A stretch of 64,000 bases of DNA from a phage: the sequence record PZ534511.1; one strand, written 5' to 3'. Shown here one piece after another: positions 49,247 through 57,975 of the stretch; positions within the stretch are counted from its first letter, which is position 1, and each line of letters starts with the position of its first letter. A model generated the notes under the pieces. The model was not told the origin of the DNA, ran no database searches, and was given only the letters and a program-made list of their open reading frames with translations. The position numbers and the translations under genes are program-made.

Positions 49247-49585
49247 TTAACTATTGCCAACAGGCTGTATTTCTGTGGTAAATGGCATAAAAGGTGCTGG
49301 TTTTTCAGCCTCTTCTACTACCACCTCTTCCTCTTCACCGAACATCTCATCATATTCTTCCTGCATTCGGTCTGCCTTATCAAGAACATACTCTGCAATG
49401 CTTTGACGAATATTTTGTTTGGTTTTCGGGTCCAACATCAGCTCTCTTAAAACTTTGTGAGCTTCTGGAACCATCGCTATAAAAGATTCCTTCATATCAA
49501 GGATGTTCTTCTCTAGCTGAATGGCGTTGGACTCCTCTTTCAGAGGTCTGCCTCTACGGCGACGCTTTTTAGTTGTATCCGCCAT
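49247..49585 (-). CDS. small DNA-binding-type protein with basic N-terminus and acidic C-terminus (terminase small subunit or regulator candidate)
   Basis: Start trimmed to ATG at 49583-49585 (MADTTKKRRRRGRPLKEE) with GGAGGA RBS; acidic tail EEEEVVVEEAE. Confidence 0.35.
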   Translation of the reverse strand: MADTTKKRRRRGRPLKEESNAIQLEKNILDMKESFIAMVPEAHKVLRELMLDPKTKQNIRQSIAEYVLDKADRMQEEYDEMFGEEEEVVVEEAEKPAPFMPFTTEIQPVGNS

Positions 49586-49613
49586 GTTTCCTCCATTATC
49601 ACGTGATAGGTGG

Positions 49614-49642
49614 ATTTTATCATAGCAAATACTGATTGTCAA
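49614..49642 (-). promoter_or_regulatory. sigma70-like promoter for 49247..49585 gene
   Basis: On minus strand TTGACA (plus 49637-49642), 17-nt spacer, TAAAAT (plus 49614-49619). Confidence 0.55.
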
Positions 49643-49929
49643 GTTCGCCGCAGGGTGGTATTCCCTGCGACTTGTCCAGCGTCCTAGACCAGCAAGACCC
49701 AACAAGTGGGTTACCAGAGCCCATTACCGCACTTTGGCTCGACCTTATTACAGGTTGGCTGGGGTCACATCGTCATGTGCTGGCTGCCCCTACCATTTTA
49801 AGTGTGGTGCACTATCAAGCCCTCTAAGGGGAACTCAGTCTTCTCCGAACCCTGTTTCAAAGCATCCGGAGATAAAGCCATCAAATTCATCTTTAAATTG
49901 GATATTCATCATGATACACGAAAACAACC

Positions 49930-50172
49930 TCATTGTAAAGCACAAATAAATAAAACATACTTAATTTGTTTGTTATCAGGCTCAGGGTAGAAGTAGAAGA
50001 TCTTGCTATCACCGATCTGAACACCACCATCCCAACAGCATAGCCCATAACCCGTATTCATACAAGCTAAGTCGTTGGCAAAATCTATTGCATCATCCAG
50101 TGCACGAAATTCACCTTCATCTTCTAAATAATCCTCATTCATGGAACGAAAAACGAGCTTAACCTTAAACAT
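49930..50172 (-). CDS. hypothetical protein (80 aa)
   Basis: ORF track only. Confidence 0.3.
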   Translation of the reverse strand: MFKVKLVFRSMNEDYLEDEGEFRALDDAIDFANDLACMNTGYGLCCWDGGVQIGDSKIFYFYPEPDNKQIKYVLFICALQ

Positions 50173-50248
50173 AGCATTACCTGTAGACCTCGTAAGTTAA
50201 AATTGTATCACATCATATTGCAGATCTTATCAGGTAACATTATTTTTG

Positions 50249-50458
50249 TCAACAGATTCCGGCCTTATCTCGCCTGTCTGCGTATTCTTTAATCGCAACC
50301 TCCTCTGCATTGGTGACTAAATCTTCAAAGTAACTCTCAAGCTCCTCGTCAATGTCAGGAAACCAACTCTTTTTCCTGTCAGTGTGAATCGCAGACTTGT
50401 TGAATTTATTACAGTTCTTTGCTACCGGATTATTCATTAATAGCCCCTCAGCGTTCAT
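50249..50458 (-). CDS. hypothetical protein (69 aa)
   Basis: ORF track only. Confidence 0.3.
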   Translation of the reverse strand: MNAEGLLMNNPVAKNCNKFNKSAIHTDRKKSWFPDIDEELESYFEDLVTNAEEVAIKEYADRRDKAGIC

Positions 50459-51026
50459 AGTAAATCTTATTTAACATTACCTCATCCTTTGCAGAAAGAA
50501 TACCGAGATATGCATCACCGAACCTGCCTGCAACAACCTCTACATGATACATCACTTCGTTAATATCGTCAAGAGTGATAACTGGATGACCGTATCTCTC
50601 TGAGTATTGTCTCAGAGTGCGATGTAGGGAATCATCATCGTAGGCAGACTTTTTAATATCACAAACACGACGAATAGCCTTGATGTCGAAAAACCCTGTG
50701 CGATACCAACCAAGAAAAAGGTTTCGTGCAGTGTCAACACCTACATCAACACCGTCAAGAACCTTATCTACAAGATAGCTGTCATCCTTTGGACCTGCTT
50801 CCTTAGTTCGAATGTAGTTGCCATCTTTTCCAGGTGACAGCTCCTTCTCATCACCAACCTGAATGCCATCATTTGGCGGTGTTAACCACTTATCCGGATG
50901 CTTACGATCACGAGCGTTAGAATGATTACGCTGGAAACCTGGCTTCCACTTGAAAGTTTTCTCCATCTGTTCTTCATTCTGATAACGTTTTGCAATCTTT
51001 TCACGGTCATCTTTGCGTGGACTCAT
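50448..51026 (-). CDS. hypothetical protein (192 aa)
   Basis: ORF track; no recognisable motif. Confidence 0.35.
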   Translation of the reverse strand: MSPRKDDREKIAKRYQNEEQMEKTFKWKPGFQRNHSNARDRKHPDKWLTPPNDGIQVGDEKELSPGKDGNYIRTKEAGPKDDSYLVDKVLDGVDVGVDTARNLFLGWYRTGFFDIKAIRRVCDIKKSAYDDDSLHRTLRQYSERYGHPVITLDDINEVMYHVEVVAGRFGDAYLGILSAKDEVMLNKIYYER

Positions 51027-51530
51027 AGCTGCCTCCTCTTCAAGTTATAGAAAAACTCACTGTATCGCTTTGTAACGAGCTTTTCTATCAAACTGGTGCG
51101 ATTGCCTTACCTGATATAGTTTATATAGCTGTGGAGCGATTTAGGGGCCTTCTTGTCCGTTTCCACACATAAACTTCATCCAAGCTCGCGCGGGAGACTC
51201 TCAACCGACTCCTTCCGGCGCTGGCAAGCTTTCGTCGGTGGTCCACATCAGTGCTCGGCCTTTGGCCTGCGCTATCGCTTCGCTCCCACACATGTTAACA
51301 GACCTGCATGTATGCACTTCTGTTATTGTGTGCACCAGAGAGGCCCGGCATCTCGCCCCTCGTAGGCGAGTGCCAATGAAGGGCCGACACTACCAATAGT
51401 AAGTAATAAATTTAAAACATGGTACTTAGGATCTAATATATTCTACATAAGTTAAGTATATGTACTTAGTACCATAAGTACTAGATCTTTTGTTTTTTAT
51501 TATTTAGTTATTTTAGTTATATTCTTTATG

Positions 51531-51611
51531 TGTCCGTATCACGGACAGTTAGTGTCCGTATTACGGACAGATTTGTCCGCGTGACGGACAGTAGTGTCCG
51601 TATCACGGACA
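51531..51611. repeat. array of four phased 17-bp palindromic sites (TGTCCG-N5-CGGACA), putative operator/iteron array
   Basis: tgtccgtatcacggaca (51531-47), tgtccgtattacggaca (51553-69), tgtccgcgtgacggaca (51574-90), tgtccgtatcacggaca (51595-611); centre spacing 22/21/21 bp; flanked by AT-rich segment. Confidence 0.8.
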
Positions 51612-51686
51612 GTTACTAACCTCTGTTCCAGAGCGAACATAAAACATACGAATCCTTATAGTACAGATATTTAAGTTTTTACTGGT

Positions 51687-52037
51687 CTAACCAGTTGTTG
51701 ACATTCGAATAACTTCTTCTGGTGGCAAAACTTTGGAAAATGTGCATCTTTTACCTCTCCCTTGTGTGGATATTTCAACCACTCCCGCACATTCTAAAGT
51801 TTTAACGCACGCTGCTGCTTTTGTTTTCTTTATTCCAACATCTGCTGCAATTTTCCTTGTGCTGGGTGTGAAGCGTGAACTTCCTCCAAGCTTATACCAG
51901 TTGTGCAGGTAGCAGTATACGATCTTGTCATACAAGTCAAGAACAACAACCTCCCCAGTTGTGTCATTCAAAACTTTTGACATAGACAGTATTTCAAGGG
52001 GGACTTTAAGATATAGCAGCTTATCCCCATCTTTCAT
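51687..52037 (-). CDS. small helix-turn-helix DNA-binding protein (candidate binder of adjacent palindromes)
   Basis: 116 aa; HTH-like segment TRKIAADVGIKKTKAAACVKTLECAGVV; gene ends 76 bp from palindrome array. Confidence 0.4.
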   Translation of the reverse strand: MKDGDKLLYLKVPLEILSMSKVLNDTTGEVVVLDLYDKIVYCYLHNWYKLGGSSRFTPSTRKIAADVGIKKTKAAACVKTLECAGVVEISTQGRGKRCTFSKVLPPEEVIRMSTTG

Positions 52038-52084
52038 ATCTCCTGATTCTCCTTGTGTGGCAATTTTCTTTAAAATAGCAGGGA

Positions 52085-52639
52085 TTACTCCCCGCTGTCA
52101 ATAGCAAAACTCATTGCAATACGGTATGCCTCTTCTAATGGTAAGAGTCTCCCCCACACATCCCAACCGACATCAAACTGTCTGCCAAACAACTGTTGTG
52201 TGGTTCCGTGAGCATGACCGAACAGTTGGACTGATCCGTGAGGCTTTCTGTTCCACTTTGCAAACTGGTAATGGCTCATACAGATCAAATTCTTGTTGTG
52301 GCGAAGCTCGTAATAATCTACAACCTCATGACCGAACTCTTTCATAATTCTGACAGTCGTCCTTGTGTCATGGTTGCCACGAACAAGAATAATATGTCCG
52401 TTCAACATATTTAGAATATCTGGAAGTAAGTTGTTGATATTCTTATCATTAGTGCACGCAATATCTCCCAAGTGGAACACAGTGTCTGCAGGTGACACAA
52501 CAGAGTTCCATTCGGCGATGATTCCCGCATTCATACTGTCAAGATTGTGATCATACTGAGATCTGTGTTTTTGACATGAATCAAACTCCATGACCCGCTG
52601 GTGGAGAAAGTGTGTGTCGCTTGTTACAAAGTATTTCAT
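52085..52639 (-). CDS. calcineurin-like metallophosphoesterase (Ser/Thr phosphatase or 2',3'-phosphoesterase type)
   Basis: Motifs DTHF (D-x-H), HLGDIACTND (GD), VRGNHD (GNHD), GHAHG; start trimmed to ATG 52637-52639 with GAGGA RBS. Confidence 0.7.
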   Translation of the reverse strand: MKYFVTSDTHFLHQRVMEFDSCQKHRSQYDHNLDSMNAGIIAEWNSVVSPADTVFHLGDIACTNDKNINNLLPDILNMLNGHIILVRGNHDTRTTVRIMKEFGHEVVDYYELRHNKNLICMSHYQFAKWNRKPHGSVQLFGHAHGTTQQLFGRQFDVGWDVWGRLLPLEEAYRIAMSFAIDSGE

Positions 52640-52646
52640 ACATTCC

Positions 52647-53184
52647 TCATTTAAGTTTAATGCAGTTTTTAAGCTGGCGTTCCATACGATCCACAACCTT
52701 GTCTGGAACATCATGAATGCTTTTATTGCCGTGGCGGTTTTCAACCACGATCACGGTATAACTATACCCATGACTGATTGCCATGTCAACATATTCCTGC
52801 ACATGTTTTTCTTTTGTAAACGTATTACTTACCACGATACGGTCGTATCCCATACGCATCATATCTTCTACGTTATCTTTCGGTATAACTATACCCATGA
52901 CTGATTGCCATGTCAACATATTCCTGCACATGTTTTTCTTTTGTAAACGTATTACTTACCACGATACGGTCGTATCCCATACGCATCATATCTTCTACGT
53001 TATCTTTGCACCATTTCGCTGCGAGTGTTACTTTACTTGCATCCCAGTTGTAATTGCCGTCATCGTCATACCAGAACATGTCGTTCTCAAAATGTGGATA
53101 CAGACCCTCTAAAGATAGCGCATTTGCCAGTGTTGATTTGCCAGACCCTGGTAGACCACGCACGATATATAGCATTTTAGACAT
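52647..53184 (-). pseudogene. P-loop polynucleotide-kinase-like gene (T4 Pnk kinase-domain-like) disrupted by 127-bp tandem duplication
   Basis: Walker A GLPGSGKST after ATG 53182-53184 (GGAGG RBS); reading frame breaks at duplication junction, producing two overlapping ORFs (52873..53241 and 52647..52931) that both encode KDNVEDMMRMGYDRIVVSNTFTKEKHVQEYVDMAISHGYSYT. Confidence 0.6.
52754..53007. repeat. perfect tandem direct duplication, 2 x 127 bp
   Basis: 52754-52880 is identical to 52881-53007 (cggtataactatacccatgactgattgccatg...tcttctacgttatcttt), checked base by base; unit length not divisible by 3. Confidence 0.9.
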
Positions 53185-53212
53185 AGTGACCCTCCGTTTT
53201 AATTTCAACGAT

Positions 53213-53241
53213 AGTATACCTAACTGTTTTGTTAATTTCAA
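53213..53241 (-). promoter_or_regulatory. sigma70-like promoter for kinase/phosphoesterase genes
   Basis: Minus strand TTGAAA (plus 53236-53241), 17-nt spacer, TATACT (plus 53213-53218). Confidence 0.4.
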
Positions 53242-53244
53242 GTG

Positions 53245-53274
53245 TTGACACTAGGTTATTTGTGTGGCAGGATA
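53245..53274 (+). promoter_or_regulatory. candidate divergent promoter for RNA ligase operon
   Basis: TTGACA at 53245-53250; weak -10 candidates 17-18 nt downstream (caggat/aggata). Confidence 0.3.
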
Positions 53275-53302
53275 GACTGACAAAATGACAAATGAGGAAC
53301 GT

Positions 53303-54220
53303 ATGATGAAGTATTTTAATGCAGACGACCTAGTTGACAAAGGTCTTGTAACCAGTAGGTATTACCCAGATCTGGGGTTAAAGATCTATAAATATGCTAG
53401 AAAAGTATTTTACAACAATTTATGGTATTTGTCCCCTCGTTTACTGGAGTGCCGAGGCATTGTTGTAGGTAATGAAGGAAATGTTGTGGCATGGCCCTTC
53501 ACAAAAGTGTTTAACTTGGGAGAAAACTCCACCAACCTGCCTGACAATAAGCTTGTGACTGCGGTAGAGAAAAAGAACGGATTCCTTGGTGTGGTATCAT
53601 CTCATAAAGGTGACCTATTGTTCTCAACAACCGGGTCTCTTGATTCTCCATATTGTAACCTTGCAAAGGAAACCATCCAAGAGCAATGTGGTAATTTAGA
53701 TCTTATCAAGAAGGTTATGGGCAATGAAAACATGACATTCATGTTTGAAATTTGTCACCCTTCAGATCCGCATATTGTTCAAGAAGACCATGGCGCATAT
53801 TTGATAGGTTGCAGATATAATGATTCTGGAATAATGCTACCAGAAGCAGCTTTAGATGGGATTGCCAAATACCTTGGTGCAAAACGTCCTCTCACTGTGC
53901 GTGAAATCCCGTTCAGCTATGCAAAAGAATTAGCCGCAGAAACAAGGGGCGAAGGGTATATGATCCGTAAGCCTTACTACCCTTATGACCTGCAGCTGAA
54001 GATCAAGTCTCCATACTATTTGGCACGGAAGGCCGTAATGAGGGGTAAAGCTTGGAAGATTTGGGATGATGATATCTTTAAACGTATTGACGAAGAGTTT
54101 TACGGCATGGTAAACTTCATTCGTAGCAATTACACAGAAGATGTGTGGAACTGCCTCCTGGAGCAGGAACGCCGTGAGATACTTGATTGCTATTTTCACA
54201 ACGAGGACTATATGCAATGA
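53303..54220 (+). CDS. RNA ligase, T4 Rnl1 (RnlA)-like
   Basis: Recalled alignment to T4 Rnl1: LLECRGIVV ~ ALECRGIMF, TKVFNLGEN ~ EKFFNLNEN, nucleotidyltransferase motif I EKKNGF ~ TKEDGS; start set at ATG after GAGGA RBS (track start 53285). Confidence 0.7.
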   Translation: MMKYFNADDLVDKGLVTSRYYPDLGLKIYKYARKVFYNNLWYLSPRLLECRGIVVGNEGNVVAWPFTKVFNLGENSTNLPDNKLVTAVEKKNGFLGVVSSHKGDLLFSTTGSLDSPYCNLAKETIQEQCGNLDLIKKVMGNENMTFMFEICHPSDPHIVQEDHGAYLIGCRYNDSGIMLPEAALDGIAKYLGAKRPLTVREIPFSYAKELAAETRGEGYMIRKPYYPYDLQLKIKSPYYLARKAVMRGKAWKIWDDDIFKRIDEEFYGMVNFIRSNYTEDVWNCLLEQERREILDCYFHNEDYMQ

Positions 54221-54567
54221 AGAAGTTGATTGTGTGGCTGGATGACTTGAGAGATCCGTCAAATTACGGAATCCAAAATGCTCTTTGGCTGAAGAACTCT
54301 TCTGAGTTCATGGATTTTATTAACGATAATAGAAAGCTCTACAGGCGCGTTTCTGAGTGGCATTTTGACAGCGATTTAGGAGAAGTCTTAGAAGGGTACG
54401 ACTGTTTCTGCATGTTAGAGGAAAAATTTGTATTTGGTAAGCCTCCTGTAGTTGACAACGTGAAGATTTTCGTGCACACTTCTAATCCATCAGCGGCTCG
54501 TAAATTCATGCTTGCAGCTGACTCGTTTAAAAAGTTTGGAATAGAGATTAAACAAAACATCTACTGA
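54217..54567 (+). CDS. hypothetical protein (116 aa)
   Basis: ATGA overlap with RNA ligase stop; MKKLIVWLDDLRDPSNYG; no motif assigned. Confidence 0.4.
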   Translation: MKKLIVWLDDLRDPSNYGIQNALWLKNSSEFMDFINDNRKLYRRVSEWHFDSDLGEVLEGYDCFCMLEEKFVFGKPPVVDNVKIFVHTSNPSAARKFMLAADSFKKFGIEIKQNIY

Positions 54568-54575
54568 GGACACTT

Positions 54576-55337
54576 ATGCGACGACTGATTATTATCTCCG
54601 GTGCTGGTTTGAGCGCTGAATCTGGTATTCCCACTTTCCGATCTGGTAGCACTGCAATGTGGGAGAATTTCAGCATCGATGAGGTGTGCAACATCCACAC
54701 CTTTGCCAAGAACTACTATAAGGTGCATGACTTTTACAATGCACGCCGTGTAGCTCTGGGCAGTGTTGATCCTAACCTTGCGCATCTCCGGATCGCTGAG
54801 TGGTATTCCCGCTGGCCTGGCCGTGTGATCAATCTTACCACCAATGTAGATGATTTGCTGGAGCGTGCTGGTGTAAAACATGAAGATATTCTACATGTCC
54901 ACGGGTATTTGCCAGAAATAGTCTATGAGGACGATGAAGGAAGTAACGTCATTAAGGACATTGGATACTCTGAGGTAGATCCAGGAAAGTATATCTGGGT
55001 TAAGCCTAATGTGGTGTTCTTCGGAGAAGTAGCTCCGAAGTATACAGACATGTACGACCTGTTGACTTCCCTTACGAGTAATGATATGGTTATCCTTGTA
55101 GGGTGTTCCAACACAGTTATCAATTTTAACTGGGAGCTATTCCCTGCCTGCAATAAGGGAACCAAACTGCTGATCGTTAACAAATACGACTCACAGCATC
55201 TAGAGGAGAATGGCATTTCACGTAGTGATATTTACCAGTACGAGGATCGCGGCATCCCAGTTTGGTTTAACGGGGCGGTTGACGCTTTCTCTGATAAAAC
55301 ATTCATTGAGACCGTAGAAAACTTTATGGAACTTTAA
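54576..55337 (+). CDS. SIR2-family (sirtuin-like) NAD-dependent protein
   Basis: Sirtuin signature GAGLSAESGIPTFRS, PNLAHLRIAEW, TTNVDDLLERAG, catalytic-type HG in LHVHGYL; no obvious Cys4 zinc ribbon. Confidence 0.7.
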   Translation: MRRLIIISGAGLSAESGIPTFRSGSTAMWENFSIDEVCNIHTFAKNYYKVHDFYNARRVALGSVDPNLAHLRIAEWYSRWPGRVINLTTNVDDLLERAGVKHEDILHVHGYLPEIVYEDDEGSNVIKDIGYSEVDPGKYIWVKPNVVFFGEVAPKYTDMYDLLTSLTSNDMVILVGCSNTVINFNWELFPACNKGTKLLIVNKYDSQHLEENGISRSDIYQYEDRGIPVWFNGAVDAFSDKTFIETVENFMEL

Positions 55338-55350
55338 AAGGAGACCTTTA

Positions 55351-56064
55351 ATGCTGAATACTAAACTGATCGACAACCTGGAAAAACTGTCTCAGCCTGA
55401 AAACTACCTTTGGTCTGCCAACTGGGTGGAAAACTGGAACCGTGTGGCAGCTAAAGTGAAAAAATCATACACACCATTCGAATTACAGCTTAGCTTCATT
55501 GAGGAAGAGTTCAATGAAGTTTTGGAAGAGCTGGAGAAAGGTGATGGTGGAGATCACCTGCTAAAAGAGGCCTGCGATCTTCATGTTGTCACAAGTTATG
55601 CCGCTTATCTTGTTAATGATAATCACGAAAAGTGGTCAAACCTGTTTGATAATCCGCGAGGTCTTAAGTTCAAGATCGGTGAGTTCTATGATACACTGAT
55701 CGCTGCGAAAAACACCTCTAAGCAAAGAGCATCCGCTTACCGCTTAGCAGAGTTGTCAACAGCTTTGCTGTTCCAGCTTCGCGGCGATGTGTGCGGGATG
55801 ATGCGTAAGGTTCTCAAATCTAATGACAGCAAGTTTGCACGGGTCAACCATCTACGGTATTCACACGGTGCCAGTGCAGATATGCCTGCTGAACAACTCA
55901 TCGAGTTGGAGATTAAAGATCTTGAGCGACGCTTTGATGGTAGATATGAAGGTTTTGTTGCTAAGGAAGAATTCTACAACGGTAATAAAGTTATCATATT
56001 TCTTGACAGTAAAGGTAAGATCATGAAGCCTTCTAGCTTCAAGGATGTAACAGAGTATATTTAA
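55351..56064 (+). CDS. MazG-like nucleoside triphosphate pyrophosphohydrolase
   Basis: EExxE-type motif FIEEEFNEVLEELEKGDGGDHLLKEACDL. Confidence 0.5.
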   Translation: MLNTKLIDNLEKLSQPENYLWSANWVENWNRVAAKVKKSYTPFELQLSFIEEEFNEVLEELEKGDGGDHLLKEACDLHVVTSYAAYLVNDNHEKWSNLFDNPRGLKFKIGEFYDTLIAAKNTSKQRASAYRLAELSTALLFQLRGDVCGMMRKVLKSNDSKFARVNHLRYSHGASADMPAEQLIELEIKDLERRFDGRYEGFVAKEEFYNGNKVIIFLDSKGKIMKPSSFKDVTEYI

Positions 56065-56071
56065 CAACATA

Positions 56072-56100
56072 GCCGGGATTACCCGGCTTTACTTGTTGTG
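56072..56100 (+). terminator. candidate rho-independent terminator after MazG-like gene
   Basis: agccggg-atta-cccggct hairpin (56072-56089) followed by ttacttgttgt. Confidence 0.4.
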
Positions 56101-56106
56101 GAAAGT

Positions 56107-56436
56107 ATGCAAGTGAGGCAGATAGTTATGTACAAGCACTCTAGAGATCTTGAAAACGATGCTGTGTTTGGGGATCAGATGAAAGAGTTGGTTAAACTCA
56201 TAGGCAGGATAGAGGATAAGTTTGACACTAAAATCTACATCGACAGCAAAGTATTCAACCACAAAATATGGACAAATCTGTGTGTTGGACTGCATGGAGA
56301 TAAAGATGTGGTAAATTTAGTTGTAATTAAGTTCATAGTGTGGCAGAATAAAACTATAAACTATTACGATCCACACCTGCTTGTTTACCCGATAAAAGAC
56401 CTATTAGATAAGGAGGACTGCAATGCCGTTATTTAA
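56107..56436 (+). CDS. hypothetical protein (about 109 aa)
   Basis: ORF track; first ATG used (track start is GTG at 56098). Confidence 0.3.
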   Translation: MQVRQIVMYKHSRDLENDAVFGDQMKELVKLIGRIEDKFDTKIYIDSKVFNHKIWTNLCVGLHGDKDVVNLVVIKFIVWQNKTINYYDPHLLVYPIKDLLDKEDCNAVI

Positions 56437-56692
56437 TCTTGCTAAACCTGTAGAAGCACACCAGTTTGACGGAAGCTCTTCATCAGTATCTGATCTGCAA
56501 CGGTGGATTGATACAGGTGTGTTTACATCGTCACCTGTTCGGACCAGAGATCTTCGTCGTATGTGTGAGCTTGTAGAGCCGTTTGGTAACCTAGTCTTGT
56601 ACCAGGGTGATTGGCTTGTTGATTTTATGGGGGACTGGTTGGTAATGAGTAAAGAAGAGATGTTTAAAATTTTTAAGGAAGAGGTAGAGTAA
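56423..56692 (+). CDS. hypothetical protein (89 aa)
   Basis: ATG with AAGGAGG RBS. Confidence 0.4.
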   Translation: MPLFNLAKPVEAHQFDGSSSSVSDLQRWIDTGVFTSSPVRTRDLRRMCELVEPFGNLVLYQGDWLVDFMGDWLVMSKEEMFKIFKEEVE

Positions 56693-57975
56693 TGCATCAA
56701 ATCAAAACAACACTGTACGCACTGAACAAAGATGGCAGCTACCAACAGTGGAAAGTATTCACGGATGGTGATAAGGTTATCGTAGAGTTTGGCAAGCTTG
56801 ATGGTAAACTGCAATACAAAGAGACGATCTGCACACCTAAGAACGTGGGTCGTACCAATGAAACTACAGCTGAGCAACAGGCCGAGCTGGAAGCGATCAG
56901 TAAGTGGGAAAAACAAGTCCGTCTGGGGTATGTTGAAAACATGGAAGATTGCGAGCAGGGTGTTGACCTTTTACCCATGCTGGTGCATGACTACCTGAAG
57001 CGTGGCAAGGCACTTAAATTACCTTGCTGGATCTTGCGTAAGTTAGATGGCCTTCGTCTGCTTGTTGTTTTCCAAAATGGTGAGCCTAAATTTATTTCCC
57101 GTGGTAATAAGTCCTACCCTATTCAAGGAAAGCTTTTAGAGCAACTTCGTTCTTTCCATTCTACCACTGGGATTAAACAACTTGATGGGGAACTATACAT
57201 TCATGGTCTTCCTTTGCAGAAAATAGTGTCTCTTGCAAAACGGTGGCGCACACAGGAAGAGATTCAGGCCGAGATCGATAAAGACTATGAGGCAGATAAA
57301 AAACGCCGTCATGCAGCAATTAAGGCAGGCTTATCAACATACAAAAACTTCAACAAGATAGATATTCCTGTCGATGTTGAGCCTGTTCGTGATGATTTGC
57401 GTTACGGTGGGTACTGTAGCTACGATCTGGAGTATCACATTTTTGATATTCCTAGCGACAAGGTGTGGTGGGATCCAGAAACAGAGTCTGGACGCTGCAA
57501 GGATCTTATGGATGCAGAGGATACCGTTACCACTCTGATGCTTGACCATATCAAGGTTGTTGACGCAGAGCTTGCGTACACAGTTGATCATTGCGAAGAA
57601 TCTGTTGGTATATTCATGTCCGAAGGATATGAAGGTACTATCATGCGTAATTTCTGCGGTAAATACGAGTACGGTCAGCGAACATCTGAAGCATTGAAAT
57701 GGAAAAAGTTCAACGACGCAGAGGTGAAAGTTATTGACGTTGAGAAAGATAAGAATGATGAAGGTGTTCTTATCTGTGTTGACAAGGAAGGTGTTATTGT
57801 TAAAATGAAGATGAAAGGCACGCACGAGGAGCGTAGCTATGACAGGATGCAGGAAATGATCGGCAAGTTTGTCACCTTCAAATATCAATCAAGGACAGAA
57901 GACAACAACTACCAATTCCCTGTCGGTATCTGCGTCCGAAATGTTGACCCAGACACTTGGGAGGTTCTGGAATGA
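56692..57975 (+). CDS. ATP-dependent DNA ligase (T7-type)
   Basis: Adenylation motif I KLDGLR within LPCWILRKLDGLRLLVV; 427 aa; GAGG RBS. Confidence 0.7.
   Translation: MHQIKTTLYALNKDGSYQQWKVFTDGDKVIVEFGKLDGKLQYKETICTPKNVGRTNETTAEQQAELEAISKWEKQVRLGYVENMEDCEQGVDLLPMLVHDYLKRGKALKLPCWILRKLDGLRLLVVFQNGEPKFISRGNKSYPIQGKLLEQLRSFHSTTGIKQLDGELYIHGLPLQKIVSLAKRWRTQEEIQAEIDKDYEADKKRRHAAIKAGLSTYKNFNKIDIPVDVEPVRDDLRYGGYCSYDLEYHIFDIPSDKVWWDPETESGRCKDLMDAEDTVTTLMLDHIKVVDAELAYTVDHCEESVGIFMSEGYEGTIMRNFCGKYEYGQRTSEALKWKKFNDAEVKVIDVEKDKNDEGVLICVDKEGVIVKMKMKGTHEERSYDRMQEMIGKFVTFKYQSRTEDNNYQFPVGICVRNVDPDTWEVLE

Noticed and set aside
51153-51365. 70-aa plus-strand ORF inside the GC-rich island
   Set aside because: No RBS, Arg/Pro/Ser-rich GC-driven composition, lies in an otherwise minus-strand region; treated as non-coding.
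51531-51611. Possible CRISPR array
   Set aside because: Units are 17-bp palindromes separated by only 4-5 bp, with no spacers of CRISPR size and no cas genes; fits an operator/iteron array.
52647-53241. Two independent small kinase genes
   Set aside because: Both ORFs encode the same 43-aa block because of the exact 127-bp tandem duplication; interpreted as one disrupted gene.
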